64,000 nt of DNA, taken from Candidatus Omnitrophota bacterium (GTDB lineage: Bacteria > Omnitrophota > Gorgyraeia > VGKH01 > JBHPFN01). The DNA is taken from positions 1,196 through 65,195 of the forward strand of contig JBHPFN010000005.1 in the NCBI GenBank assembly GCA_042571725.1, in the 5' to 3' direction. The position numbers and the translations under genes are program-made. The notes below the pieces were generated by a model. It did no database searches. It was not told the origin of the DNA and worked only from the letters and a program-made list of their open reading frames with translations. Shown in pieces: positions 63,001 through 64,000 of this stretch; the stretch's first letter is position 1; every line of letters begins with the position of its first letter.

Positions 63001-64000
63001 TGTGGAAATAAGCTTTGAAGAAAGCGCGCTTGGTGAGCAAGGACGTTCTATAGAGGTGGGTTTCTTTGGCAAGACCACAGAGGGCCTTCAGCAGGGTGTT
63101 GCTAAAGATTTTACCGATTTTGCAGCAAACATCCCCGAAGTTGAAAGCGTTACCTCTAATTTTGATCAGGGACGACCGACATTGACCATTGACATAGATG
63201 AAAAGAAAGCAAATCACTTTCATCTTGATGAGGCTGAGGTAAGAAGGCAGTTGTTTGCCTTTAGAGAGGGTGTAAAGGTATTCGACTTCCATGAAGGTGC
63301 TGAAAAAATCGGCGTCCGGGTTATTGGTGGCAAGGACATTAGAAATAATATTGAGGTAATAAGATCGTTCACCGTTCCCAATAAAGAGGGCGAAAGCATA
63401 CCGCTGGAAAGTTTTGCCAGCATCACCAGGGATTGGCAGCATACCTCAGAGTTGCGTCAAGACAGAAACTACGCGGTAACCTTCCAGATTATTCCTGAGC
63501 CACAGGCAGACCACCGTGCTATTCAAGATGCCATCAATACGTGGTGGCAGGATAACCAACAGCAGTTTCCCGGCGCTCACCAGATGCGCTTTGGAGAAGC
63601 AGAGCGCGAAGAGTCTGAGTCTATGAACAAGCTGGGAGTTAATTATTTCTGGGCGCTGTTGGTCGCCTGGTTTATGATATTGGTTCCTCTCGGGGGGCGG
63701 ATATCGCAGACCTTTGTGGTATTAGGCAGTATTCTTTTTGCACCTGCAGGTATTTTTGCGGTTGCGCTTTTGACCGACTCCGGTTTTGAAATCGCCTCGA
63801 TAATCGTTATGGTTGTTCTTCCGGGATTGGTGATTAATATTGGTTTGATGTTATTACATGCCTACAACAGGTTGCGAGAACAAGGGTTTAATGAGTCTGA
63901 TGCCATCGAACAGGCCTGTAAATTACGCTTACGGCCGATTCTTTTGACGTCTGTGACTACCATTGTGACATTAGTGATATTGGATGTATTTACCACTGGG
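2..64000 (+). CDS. Single uninterrupted giant ORF in frame +2, truncated by both window edges (21,333 codons in window); mosaic multi-domain, multi-pass membrane protein, possibly a polyprotein
   Basis: Codon-by-codon reading of frame +2 (codons start at 2,5,8...) found no TAA/TAG/TGA. All recognised domains fall in this one frame; phase was checked at 11369 (GH13 DFVGNH), 54833 (Fic HPF) and 62213 (RND). The ORF track has no frame +2 entry and the other five frames are <=257 aa. Confidence 0.9.
1121..1231 (+). other. Inter-domain junction cassette J01
   Basis: DSGTGEA-ACFTGFGMFGAEFVSVVKSIASMVGSLVSAPIVLGVA-VDGSEG. Confidence 0.6.
1400..2700 (+). other. GHMP-kinase-like domain (HddA/fucokinase-like subgroup)
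   Basis: ISPMALAGGMESSNAF (GHMP motif II-like), LTGGQGHLSSTVGGAY, and C-terminal MPLGAGGPGANLIAIS (motif III-like). Confidence 0.65.
3362..4330 (+). other. HAD-superfamily phosphatase-like domain (Cof/IIB-like)
   Basis: VILSDIDGTFL (motif I DxDGT), VDLITGNW (motif II Thr), SIDINRDVISKW (motif III Lys), FGNEF...GDTAVL (motif IV-like). Confidence 0.55.
4490..4582 (+). other. Junction cassette J02
   Basis: EGAGNETP-SMFTGLNIFSGIDILKLLGQLFSLPLVLGVA-SSGG. Confidence 0.65.
5222..6800 (+). other. Carboxyltransferase domain of the pyruvate carboxylase subunit B / oxaloacetate decarboxylase alpha type (HMGL-like barrel plus conserved C-terminal region)
   Basis: DTTVRDGEQS, EIWGGAT, GIDTFRIFDAFDDNRN, LVIKDAGGVLTP, LYLHTHDTRGN, GLPGGMKTNF, LVTPTSQWVGDQAFKNV, all in canonical order. 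Confidence 0.8.
7484..7564 (+). other. Junction cassette J03
   Basis: ESSDPETP-SMFTAINIFGMGLGIVAVIAGAIDFFF. Confidence 0.65.
8015..8137 (+). other. Possible sigma-70 region 4 / LuxR-type helix-turn-helix
   Basis: ARIISMNLTGQQDQEIADYLGYPWKHVVYFYQNIRIHLREL resembles the l.l.g.s..EIA..lg.s..tV......r..Lr pattern; weak. Confidence 0.3.
8291..8365 (+). other. Junction cassette J04
   Basis: APEAAA-SMFTGFPLFDISIVLSALAALFIFT. Confidence 0.65.
8393..8412. repeat. Perfect 20-nt palindrome CCTGCCTGCCGGCAGGCAGG, copy A
   Basis: Self-complementary over all 20 nt; translated PACRQAG (first C in codon position 1). Confidence 0.95.
8479..8630 (+). repeat. Structured nucleotide element, copy A: inverted repeat enclosing the 22-nt motif, plus a downstream GCAGCGGCCC box
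   Basis: GGGGTCGCTGCGGCC (8479-8493) pairs with GGCCGCAGCACCCC (8560-8573): 14 bp and one bulge. The loop holds ACCTCT-CCGTGGCTGGTGGGG (8526-8546). GCAGCGGCCC lies at 8621-8630. Confidence 0.75.
8960..9040 (+). other. Junction-like cassette J05 (inside the membrane region)
   Basis: HPADPA-SMFGAFNLMSVVLVAASLGTMIPIAI. Confidence 0.5.
10823..10915 (+). other. Junction cassette J06
   Basis: GSGGKGDV-SLFTLFGFFLPFTSILTLLTAHLLPFVLGVS-QSTDQS. Confidence 0.6.
11024..12465 (+). other. Glycoside hydrolase family 13 (alpha-amylase superfamily) catalytic domain
   Basis: Four GH13 signature regions in order: IIDFVGNHTA (I), GVDGVRCDLV (II), FTFIAEHY (III), FPGNHDD (IV); preceded by WVYLMGIMP. Confidence 0.8.
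12563..12823 (+). other. Junction cassette J07 (contains structured element B; ends in a signal-peptide-like AEA site)
   Basis: EGASSEA-SMFVLPDFLGVSSLY...TMAAAALLFTPGIAEA-NELDQ. Confidence 0.6.
12617..12794 (+). repeat. Structured nucleotide element, copy B (most complete)
   Basis: GGGCCGCTGTGGCA (12617-12630) pairs with TGCCACAGCGGCCC (12688-12701), 14/14 bp. The loop holds ACCTCTTCCGTGGCTGGTGGGG (12655-12676). A second motif copy (12713-12775) is split by a 41-nt expanded imperfect palindrome (12725-12765). GCAGCGGCCC lies at 12785-12794. Confidence 0.8.
13427..13880 (+). other. HD-domain metal-dependent phosphohydrolase (HD-GYP-like order, GYP motif not seen)
   Basis: LRHCL...AFFLHDLGK...QEHPHKT...YLIEHHEE...FSLIDTLDSLRDCRRPH. 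Confidence 0.6.
15611..15667 (+). other. Internal signal-peptide-like segment with an AxA site
   Basis: KVFGVVMLATLLFATPAIA followed by DDATT: basic n-region, hydrophobic core, TPAIA c-region. Confidence 0.55.
15794..16072 (+). repeat. Paralogous module P1 (unknown function), copy 1 of 2
   Basis: GMPRFISAVELLVEMKHAGRFEVLTKLRVF...HTRLSNAIAAIEED aligns with copy 2. Confidence 0.6.
16127..16192 (+). other. Junction cassette J08
   Basis: GSKGSP-ANFLMPFIVIVSSLLFVTPVFA-ETG. Confidence 0.6.
16200..16790 (+). other. Polytopic membrane region (about 5-6 helices)
   Basis: FWLSVLTWTGMLTASTILLAILMGIA, MWSGLWFLGFWALIIL, WCIALPFFTVIAGGGIVFLIAAGTCVFIGFAFMIVASLPCSLTVIM, LIPIFLIIGNGIFVLALRIFV. Confidence 0.6.
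16799..17125 (+). repeat. Paralogous module P2, copy 2 of 2
   Basis: GAPRFVHEAEILAKFRHPGRFDVLPKLRTV...HTRLSRAIATIEAD aligns with 15794-16072. Confidence 0.6.
17492..18570 (+). other. Medium-chain (zinc-type) alcohol/threonine dehydrogenase-like (MDR) domain
   Basis: SIGICASD, VPLGHEAGGIVVGVG, GKYVALE, Rossmann GIIVGLGPQGRMMLYMAQLMG, ILDACGATG. Confidence 0.7.
18782..18826 (+). other. Junction cassette J09 (short)
   Basis: LLGAIS-TFTSLFGFGMPLGVA-ADAGG. Confidence 0.5.
19211..19312 (+). other. Junction cassette J10
   Basis: ADAAEGEV-ANFVSIGFGSMLPLGKIFGLIAFLLLALTPIAQA-DSLPENN. Confidence 0.6.
20171..20635 (+). other. Junction cassette J11 (extended; contains structured element C)
   Basis: KG-APHFILAKK...VAISLLTLGITGLLYKLGLLW...IVAAALYSFLIPLIGTFLTAIG...FSFLTPGLVLGVS-AGNDIS. 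Confidence 0.5.
20288..20480 (+). repeat. Structured nucleotide element, copy C
   Basis: GGGCTGCTGTGGT (20288-20300) pairs with ACCACAGCAGCCC (20366-20378), 13/13 bp. The loop holds ACCTCTTCCGTGGCTGGTGGGG (20330-20351). A second motif copy (20412-20453) is split by the perfect 20-nt palindrome (20424-20443). GCAGCGGCCC lies at 20471-20480. Confidence 0.8.
20720..21495 (+). repeat. Three roughly 110-aa repeats sharing a W..LL..N.HGK.I motif
   Basis: RPEWKRLLDRNPHGKEIVAGIL (about 20720-20810), VPWHILLEENLQHGKSITVQII (about 21055-21160), ISWEELLEHNPHGKRIISEII (about 21400-21495). Confidence 0.45.
21701..22113 (+). other. Three consecutive Fis-type (HTH_8-like) helix-turn-helix motifs
   Basis: AWDVSKTAQGLGMDRKTLRNRLARFGF (21701-21781), LEMAGWNARAAAESLSITRDDLREKLRKLGI (21842-21946), YRWKIRPSAGALRMGRVRLREILTEVYGY (22007-22113). 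All resemble the sigma-54 activator C-terminal HTH pattern GN...AA..LGisR.tL.rKl.k.g. Confidence 0.55.
22196..23030 (+). other. Calcineurin-like metallophosphoesterase (PPP Ser/Thr phosphatase-like)
   Basis: IILVGDLHT (GDxH), LVILGDAVN (GDxx[DN]), YVLGNHD (GNH[DE]), VATHGGP, VVAHSP. Confidence 0.7.
23114..23197 (+). other. Junction cassette J12
   Basis: GSVTPSA-SMFTAFDIGIAALLFGIASGAASVIKYL-SQRKLRAYIKKR. Confidence 0.65.
23450..24240 (+). other. Radical-SAM-like module
   Basis: VAVTEGCSVQCDYCSA gives a CX3CX2C cluster at 23486-23509; the rest of the barrel was not confidently recognised. Confidence 0.4.
24335..24373 (+). other. Junction cassette J13 (short, no long hydrophobic arm)
   Basis: PKPSAEA-SMFSAAGIGMVPP. 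Confidence 0.5.
24380..24860 (+). other. Transglutaminase-like / papain-fold cysteine protease-like domain, paralog 1 (Cys-His-Asp intact)
   Basis: GPCKISSVALIKILSKKFNLPVAG (Cys 24470-24472), WWHVWVTLIV (His 24617-24619), LFIDGA, VMPYDEAL. Order matches the G.C..fa.l...l.R..GiPaR / HaW.ev / D pattern. Confidence 0.45.
25094..25195 (+). other. Junction cassette J14
   Basis: DTSQADA-AMFTAGGFGMETVLSSLQSLLSGALNMFVLGIST-SESREQGDGD. Confidence 0.6.
25245..27660 (+). other. Four tandem GNAT-like acetyltransferase-fold modules
   Basis: Copies at about 25245-25745, 25811-26350, 26441-26975 and 27131-27660. Each has a beta-rich core then ...R(R)xL(L/I)xxxxxxA/TR...FxxV/I, ending in GF and a (Y/I)V/L..K strand. 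Examples: VVILYRDPRQHNLAGYVFYSF...RRRIIKTLLTVAMETAG...GLGFAPV versus AVMLYRHPGESTLGGFIFFVH...ERNLIIAALLTKAMETAR...RFGFGQG. Confidence 0.5.
29402..29479 (+). other. Junction cassette J15 (no F-T-G signature; LGAA end)
   Basis: LPFGKTIIPFIVTVLSGGISMPLGAA-VEGGESD. Confidence 0.5.
29446..29474 (+). repeat. 29-nt perfect direct repeat, left copy
   Basis: TTCCGGCGGCATAAGTATGCCGCTTGGGG, encodes SGGISMPLG of junction J15. Confidence 0.9.
29558..30960 (+). other. B12-binding-domain radical SAM enzyme (class B-like)
   Basis: N-terminal Rossmann-like NVVLVGLADE...KPAILGIAARINTF...LIVLGNALPT...LGLGEGE. Core YFEQSRGCPRAACTFCAS (Cys cluster 30131-30157, spacing CX4CX2C), ISLGVESFSEGQLKRYNKG, GFIPLDP. Confidence 0.75.
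31641..32335 (+). other. PfkB/ribokinase-family carbohydrate kinase domain
   Basis: IFVFGGSIPENLP, IFVVVDFS, DVIKPNLYEFEMV, AAIVTLGSYGALVY, LIGAGDAFCAGIVYEL (GAGDAF about 32176-32195). Confidence 0.7.
32402..32500 (+). other. Junction cassette J16
   Basis: TTASGET-SSFTSVGIGLFEIVEIVVRWLSSGGISMPLGVA-HGSSG. Confidence 0.6.
32467..32495 (+). repeat. 29-nt perfect direct repeat, right copy
   Basis: Identical 29-mer 3,021 nt (1,007 codons) downstream in the same phase; encodes SGGISMPLG of junction J16. Confidence 0.9.
33150..34120 (+). other. Proline dehydrogenase (PutA-type TIM barrel) domain
   Basis: LDIVGDAA, FIRIDLEEY, VVVQLYLKDS, IPVRPVKGAYEKPE, KESTDAHYELM, AVASQNPRS, IQMLLGMFD, AYLPAGK...YVGRRLEE. 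Confidence 0.7.
34307..34357 (+). other. Junction cassette J17
   Basis: ELETAAV-SMFVSGFGFPFMTLGVT-IDAGDD. Confidence 0.6.
35000..35092 (+). other. Junction cassette J18
   Basis: DEPSAEM-SMFVSLGLGEIALIIAGGAFLISFFAGIGPV-TLEKTRRAAR. Confidence 0.65.
35530..36440 (+). other. PLP-dependent fold-type II (Trp-synthase-beta/threonine dehydratase-like) module
   Basis: VNSHKAWAV (compare tgSfKdRga), FVAASRGVLAEAIITLAHLVGARARIYMP (compare aSsGNhg.a.A..a...G....i.mP), ITTCDVGAYIQGLILG. Confidence 0.45.
36611..36960 (+). other. Response-regulator receiver (REC) domain
   Basis: MNILVVEDDKKAREYL...IDAIVSDYEYPDG...RIILWSS; starts at an in-frame Met exactly where free-standing receivers start. Confidence 0.75.
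37121..37162 (+). other. Junction cassette J19 (short)
   Basis: ADSESEIG-CFTSGAGVALTSML-SREKRHE. Confidence 0.5.
37178..37700 (+). other. Low-molecular-weight protein tyrosine phosphatase / ArsC-like domain, copy 1
   Basis: EICVVCNSNIFRS: CX5R(S) P-loop at 37196-37219; ...ADSMLVATHS...LYLITEFL. Confidence 0.65.
37778..37813 (+). other. Junction-like LGVS element J20
   Basis: LLSGFGMVLGVS-IAAQEE. Confidence 0.4.
37920..38530 (+). other. M48-like zinc metalloprotease module
   Basis: LFASHEIGHLAF (HExxH at 38102-38116) plus downstream GMEFNADEAGLRIM (E..AD..g third-ligand region). Confidence 0.55.
38600..38680 (+). other. Junction cassette J21
   Basis: RIDSSDA-SFFTSFGGFDLIGNIATMFSGFVLGVA-EAAEG. 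Confidence 0.65.
38700..39190 (+). other. Low-molecular-weight protein tyrosine phosphatase-like domain, copy 2
   Basis: IRTVCRQGLFRS: CX5R(S) P-loop at 38720-38743; ...ADIILVATQN...MHLITEFL; paralogous to 37178-37700. Confidence 0.65.
39230..39680 (+). other. Membrane region (about 4 helices)
   Basis: WPVVITFAFAIMLLIAWFI, MMTGGLYILTYIGWRLAGY, LFWVGLFWVFMIHHIL, WINFVLHSVSAGLMYNVM. Confidence 0.55.
39797..40290 (+). other. Transglutaminase-like / papain-fold domain, paralog 2 (nucleophile position is Ser)
   Basis: ISRQSSIALAEVLSKAFGLPIIG (Ser 39875-39877 where the Cys sits in paralog 1), PHAWLAVV (His 40034-40036), LYIDAT, VLPYDEAL. Confidence 0.45.
40499..40615 (+). other. Junction cassette J22
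   Basis: NNAPKGDA-AFFLGLPTLLFGIESLGELLNSVDLAPIGLAFAPFWKWW-GKGRKE. Confidence 0.55.
40781..41365 (+). repeat. Two roughly 80-aa HEAT/armadillo-like helical repeats
   Basis: EKLVELLVKNLDLRGEKISK...EQKTAARILLALRLHLSKNLWTQIVIPMADRLDVW (40781-41032) versus EGLVVLLSEELEFGEKIAKN...ERDTAAIILSALRLHLSEHLWEEVVMPTAHSLGVW (41132-41365). Confidence 0.6.
42170..42769 (+). repeat. Tandem duplication with an exact 300-nt (100-codon) period
   Basis: KATAIQEIREALGATIEALDRLGS...YARHASVLSPAQEEFLKHIITLLLGSTMPAEIAKEIRDQL starts at 42170. KAAAIREIRETLYAAEEILRGLGS...YQRHVSVLSPEQREFLEQVITLLLSLTMPDEIIRYIRDHL starts at 42470. A diverged third copy lies at about 44050-44290. Confidence 0.75.
43361..43760 (+). repeat. 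Large helical repeat core L1 (paralog of 45347-45750)
   Basis: EAIWAVEDELSYLNRCLRVFRQ...GKRILEKIQMEDDGYHDLSSSLRDYVVEAFYSLGRALCGDFTWF...GELDNLEKAYEYF. Confidence 0.7.
43790..44050 (+). other. Pro/Ala/Glu/Gly-rich low-complexity linker
   Basis: DDEPPADPTPTPPSGPAPGSFLGVGGGAASAALDDLLEEEGSAPHQEDAGPAASAGEVQEDTGPAATPTGEVPATSTEADPAGEA. Confidence 0.7.
45347..45750 (+). repeat. Large helical repeat core L2 (paralog of 43361-43760)
   Basis: EDRWAVEDALGYLKRNLDMFRS...GQTILERITKADGSYHNLPSSRRFRGDVVEALFDLGRALCGDFESF...EELNNLSKAKQYF. Confidence 0.7.
46439..46582 (+). other. Junction cassette J23 (ends in palindrome copy D)
   Basis: GSDSGSGD-TYFAIFFAVMLGDILMRWLLPEADSKAATVVLGTTLAFIPPPCLPAGR. Confidence 0.5.
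46563..46582. repeat. Perfect 20-nt palindrome CCTGCCTGCCGGCAGGCAGG, copy D (solo)
   Basis: Identical 20-mer; translated in a different phase (PCLPAGR) from copy A. Confidence 0.95.
47282..47332 (+). other. Junction cassette J24
   Basis: NSGIGGGAG-AVVFVALALGELLKWIF. Confidence 0.45.
47480..48700 (+). other. Basic cluster followed by a long coiled-coil-like region
   Basis: KLKKRRKPRKTKRKAKEK, then E/K/R/Q/L/A-rich sequence with two related segments (REKFLAEFTGAWEAAPTVTDKWHVLNNVP versus LREFWGDFDLTWQAAESLTERFQLLDNVP). Confidence 0.4.
50100..50650 (+). other. Putative zincin-like metallopeptidase module
   Basis: FTNAILHERYHALHVG (HExxH at 50303-50317) with Glu residues about 25 aa downstream (IFIEAITEF); the rest of the fold was not recognised. 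Confidence 0.35.
51227..51346 (+). other. Junction cassette J25 (EWLWPG subtype)
   Basis: GDGSSSAET-AHFIGLAPGISFVSVLALGALALEWLWPGAGIGSVAFAAP. Confidence 0.65.
51377..51507 (+). repeat. Five copies of a roughly 14-nt GC-rich motif at about 29-nt spacing
   Basis: GGTACTGCACCC (51377), GGTGCTGCACTGCC (51408), GGTGCTGCACTGAC (51437), GGTGCAGTACTGCC (51465), AGTGCTGCGGTGCC (51494). Spacings are 31/29/28/29 nt, so copies fall in different codon phases. 51378-51387 and 51466-51475 are reverse complements. Confidence 0.6.
52967..53083 (+). other. Junction cassette J26 (EWLWPG subtype)
   Basis: SGAIGEA-ACFTGVEFGLLLDPILELGSAMVEWLWPGTGLLTLVPPG. Confidence 0.65.
53200..54380 (+). other. Unknown module containing a second HExxH motif
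   Basis: KDALYHEIAHQALFDVEKKEE (HExxH at 53906-53920). Confidence 0.3.
54389..54529 (+). other. Junction cassette J27 (EWLWPG subtype)
   Basis: SDYSSGS-AACFMGFGFDIPFASIFVLGSALLEWLWPGSGVGVVAFAMVPPPPGG. Confidence 0.65.
54560..55010 (+). other. Fic/DOC-family-like domain with a degenerate active-site motif
   Basis: RVVEIHPFEEGGNHRLALLLGNFVLL (54833-54862) versus canonical HPFx[DE]GNGRxxR; the Gly-Asn-Gly-Arg core reads Gly-Gly-Asn-His-Arg. Confidence 0.5.
55124..55165 (+). other. Degenerate junction signature J28 (no hydrophobic arm)
   Basis: EADSGSSGE-AAFFAGSSGVPAQG. Confidence 0.4.
55200..55690 (+). other. Transglutaminase-like / papain-fold domain, paralog 3 (His position is Asn)
   Basis: FVCERSSIVLAKVLSELFGIPIG (Cys 55259-55261), RQNWVKLTL (Asn 55418-55420 at the His position), WYIDGL, VMPYDEAL. 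Confidence 0.45.
55841..55921 (+). other. Junction cassette J29
   Basis: SSEGGSV-SCFTGLAVGGYSPVILALLVVMAFIFV. Confidence 0.6.
56945..57019 (+). other. Junction cassette J30 (LGVA end; weak signature)
   Basis: GGGPGVGGG-AMVSLWWLLTVFSGLFSGGMVLGVA-ADAESE. Confidence 0.5.
58577..58699 (+). other. Junction cassette J31 (EWLWPG subtype)
   Basis: GGSGSSAGA-ANFIGLGLDIPFESIFSLVSALFEWLWSGVGSVALAMVPPG. Confidence 0.65.
58720..59130 (+). other. Minimal nucleotidyltransferase (Pol-beta-like NTase fold) domain
   Basis: DIRLFGSAVWGVPPFEDIDLFIDG (G-S ... D-x-D signature, about 58826-58885). Confidence 0.55.
59186..59299 (+). other. Junction cassette J32
   Basis: LGPGGGA-AHFIGFRFEILFASFVLRWAMIAVILLLLLGAPPKATA-NVPED. 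Confidence 0.6.
60053..60469 (+). repeat. Paralogous module Q1 (unknown function), ends in an SHFT junction
   Basis: GRWYDERLYELDFLFQLVTASYGLERIEKKRGPTICCAVIVQL...LRGKSLPERIDTLAVYI. Confidence 0.55.
60470..60556 (+). other. Junction cassette J33
   Basis: EENHDQA-SHFTLFGLGMFEITEIAVVVGAIVGFLFM-RGRRS. Confidence 0.65.
60667..61075 (+). repeat. Paralogous module Q2, ends in an SHFT junction
   Basis: QKWEVEKLEELEALFTYLYLTYFLQDVEEEHGQEISAGVIECL...IRGKSLDERVAKLTEHI aligns with Q1. Confidence 0.55.
61076..61198 (+). other. Junction cassette J34 (its helix doubles as TM1 of the RND module)
   Basis: SPGSGEV-SHFTSLGLGGFEISAAFRQKAARISLAFIGIIILTSFFVTG. Confidence 0.6.
61130..64000 (+). other. AcrB/HAE-type RND transporter module embedded in the giant ORF (runs off the right edge)
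   Basis: TM1 ISLAFIGIIILTSFFV, then periplasmic loop 1, then the TM2-6 bundle with LTGLILVLGMVVDDSLVIAE and GIPVTFSSLTTVVFMAPLL...SLVFALTLIPMIYA. Then TM7 WLIVPVGIVGCFALIIAGF, periplasmic loop 2, and the TM8+ bundle with ...LRLRPILLTSVTTIVTLV. Confidence 0.85.

Noticed and set aside
2-64000. The lack of long listed ORFs might reflect an alternative genetic code with stop-codon reassignment.
   Set aside because: Frame +2 contains none of the three standard stop codons, so no recoding is needed to explain the open frame.
2-64000. The window might be an operon of many ordinary genes merged by sequencing or assembly errors.
   Set aside because: More than 30 module boundaries all stay in one phase with no stop. 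Random indel errors would shift the phase and expose stops within a few dozen codons. The recurrent junction cassettes are themselves coding-like and conserved. Chimeric assembly can only be formally excluded with reads.
2-64000. I looked for rRNA, tRNA, transposase or integrase genes, phage genes and intergenic promoters.
   Set aside because: The window has no non-coding space because one ORF spans it all, and I recognised no transposase or integrase-like motifs in frame +2.

Overview
The whole 64,000-nt window is one plus-strand reading frame (frame +2, nt 2-64000, 21,333 codons). I read it codon by codon and found no TAA, TAG or TGA. It is open at both window edges, so the gene is longer than 64 kb and this is an internal slice of a giant gene. 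The supplied ORF track has no frame +2 entry, which is expected if that frame never closes inside the window. The other five frames never exceed 257 aa and look like shadow ORFs. The translation is a mosaic of more than 30 recognisable and normally unrelated modules. Enzymes: GHMP kinase, HAD phosphatase, pyruvate-carboxylase-type carboxyltransferase, GH13 amylase, MDR dehydrogenase, PPP-type metallophosphatase, two radical-SAM-like modules (one with a B12-binding domain), four tandem GNATs, PfkB kinase, proline dehydrogenase, a PLP fold-II module and a nucleotidyltransferase. Signalling and regulatory modules: HD domain, Fis-type HTHs, REC receiver, two LMW-PTPs and a Fic-like module. Candidate proteases: an M48-like protease, two further HExxH modules and three transglutaminase-like cysteine-protease-fold paralogs. 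The window ends inside an AcrB-like RND transporter module. Large helical repeat regions and many transmembrane stretches fill the rest. The modules are separated about 34 times by one recurring hydrophobic junction cassette: a Gly/Ser/acidic linker, a signature small-small-[MCHNF]-F-[TIV]-[GSA], then 15-40 hydrophobic residues that often end in LGVA followed by acidic residues, or in a basic cluster. A GC-rich structured nucleotide element also sits inside the ORF: a perfect 20-nt palindrome, a 22-nt motif, and 13-14 bp inverted repeats with compensatory changes. Different copies are translated in different frames, so it is conserved at the nucleotide level. I recognised no rRNA, tRNA, CRISPR array, transposase or convincing promoter or terminator. 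All domain calls rest on motif recognition by eye, no searches were run, and domain boundaries are approximate (about +/-50 nt).
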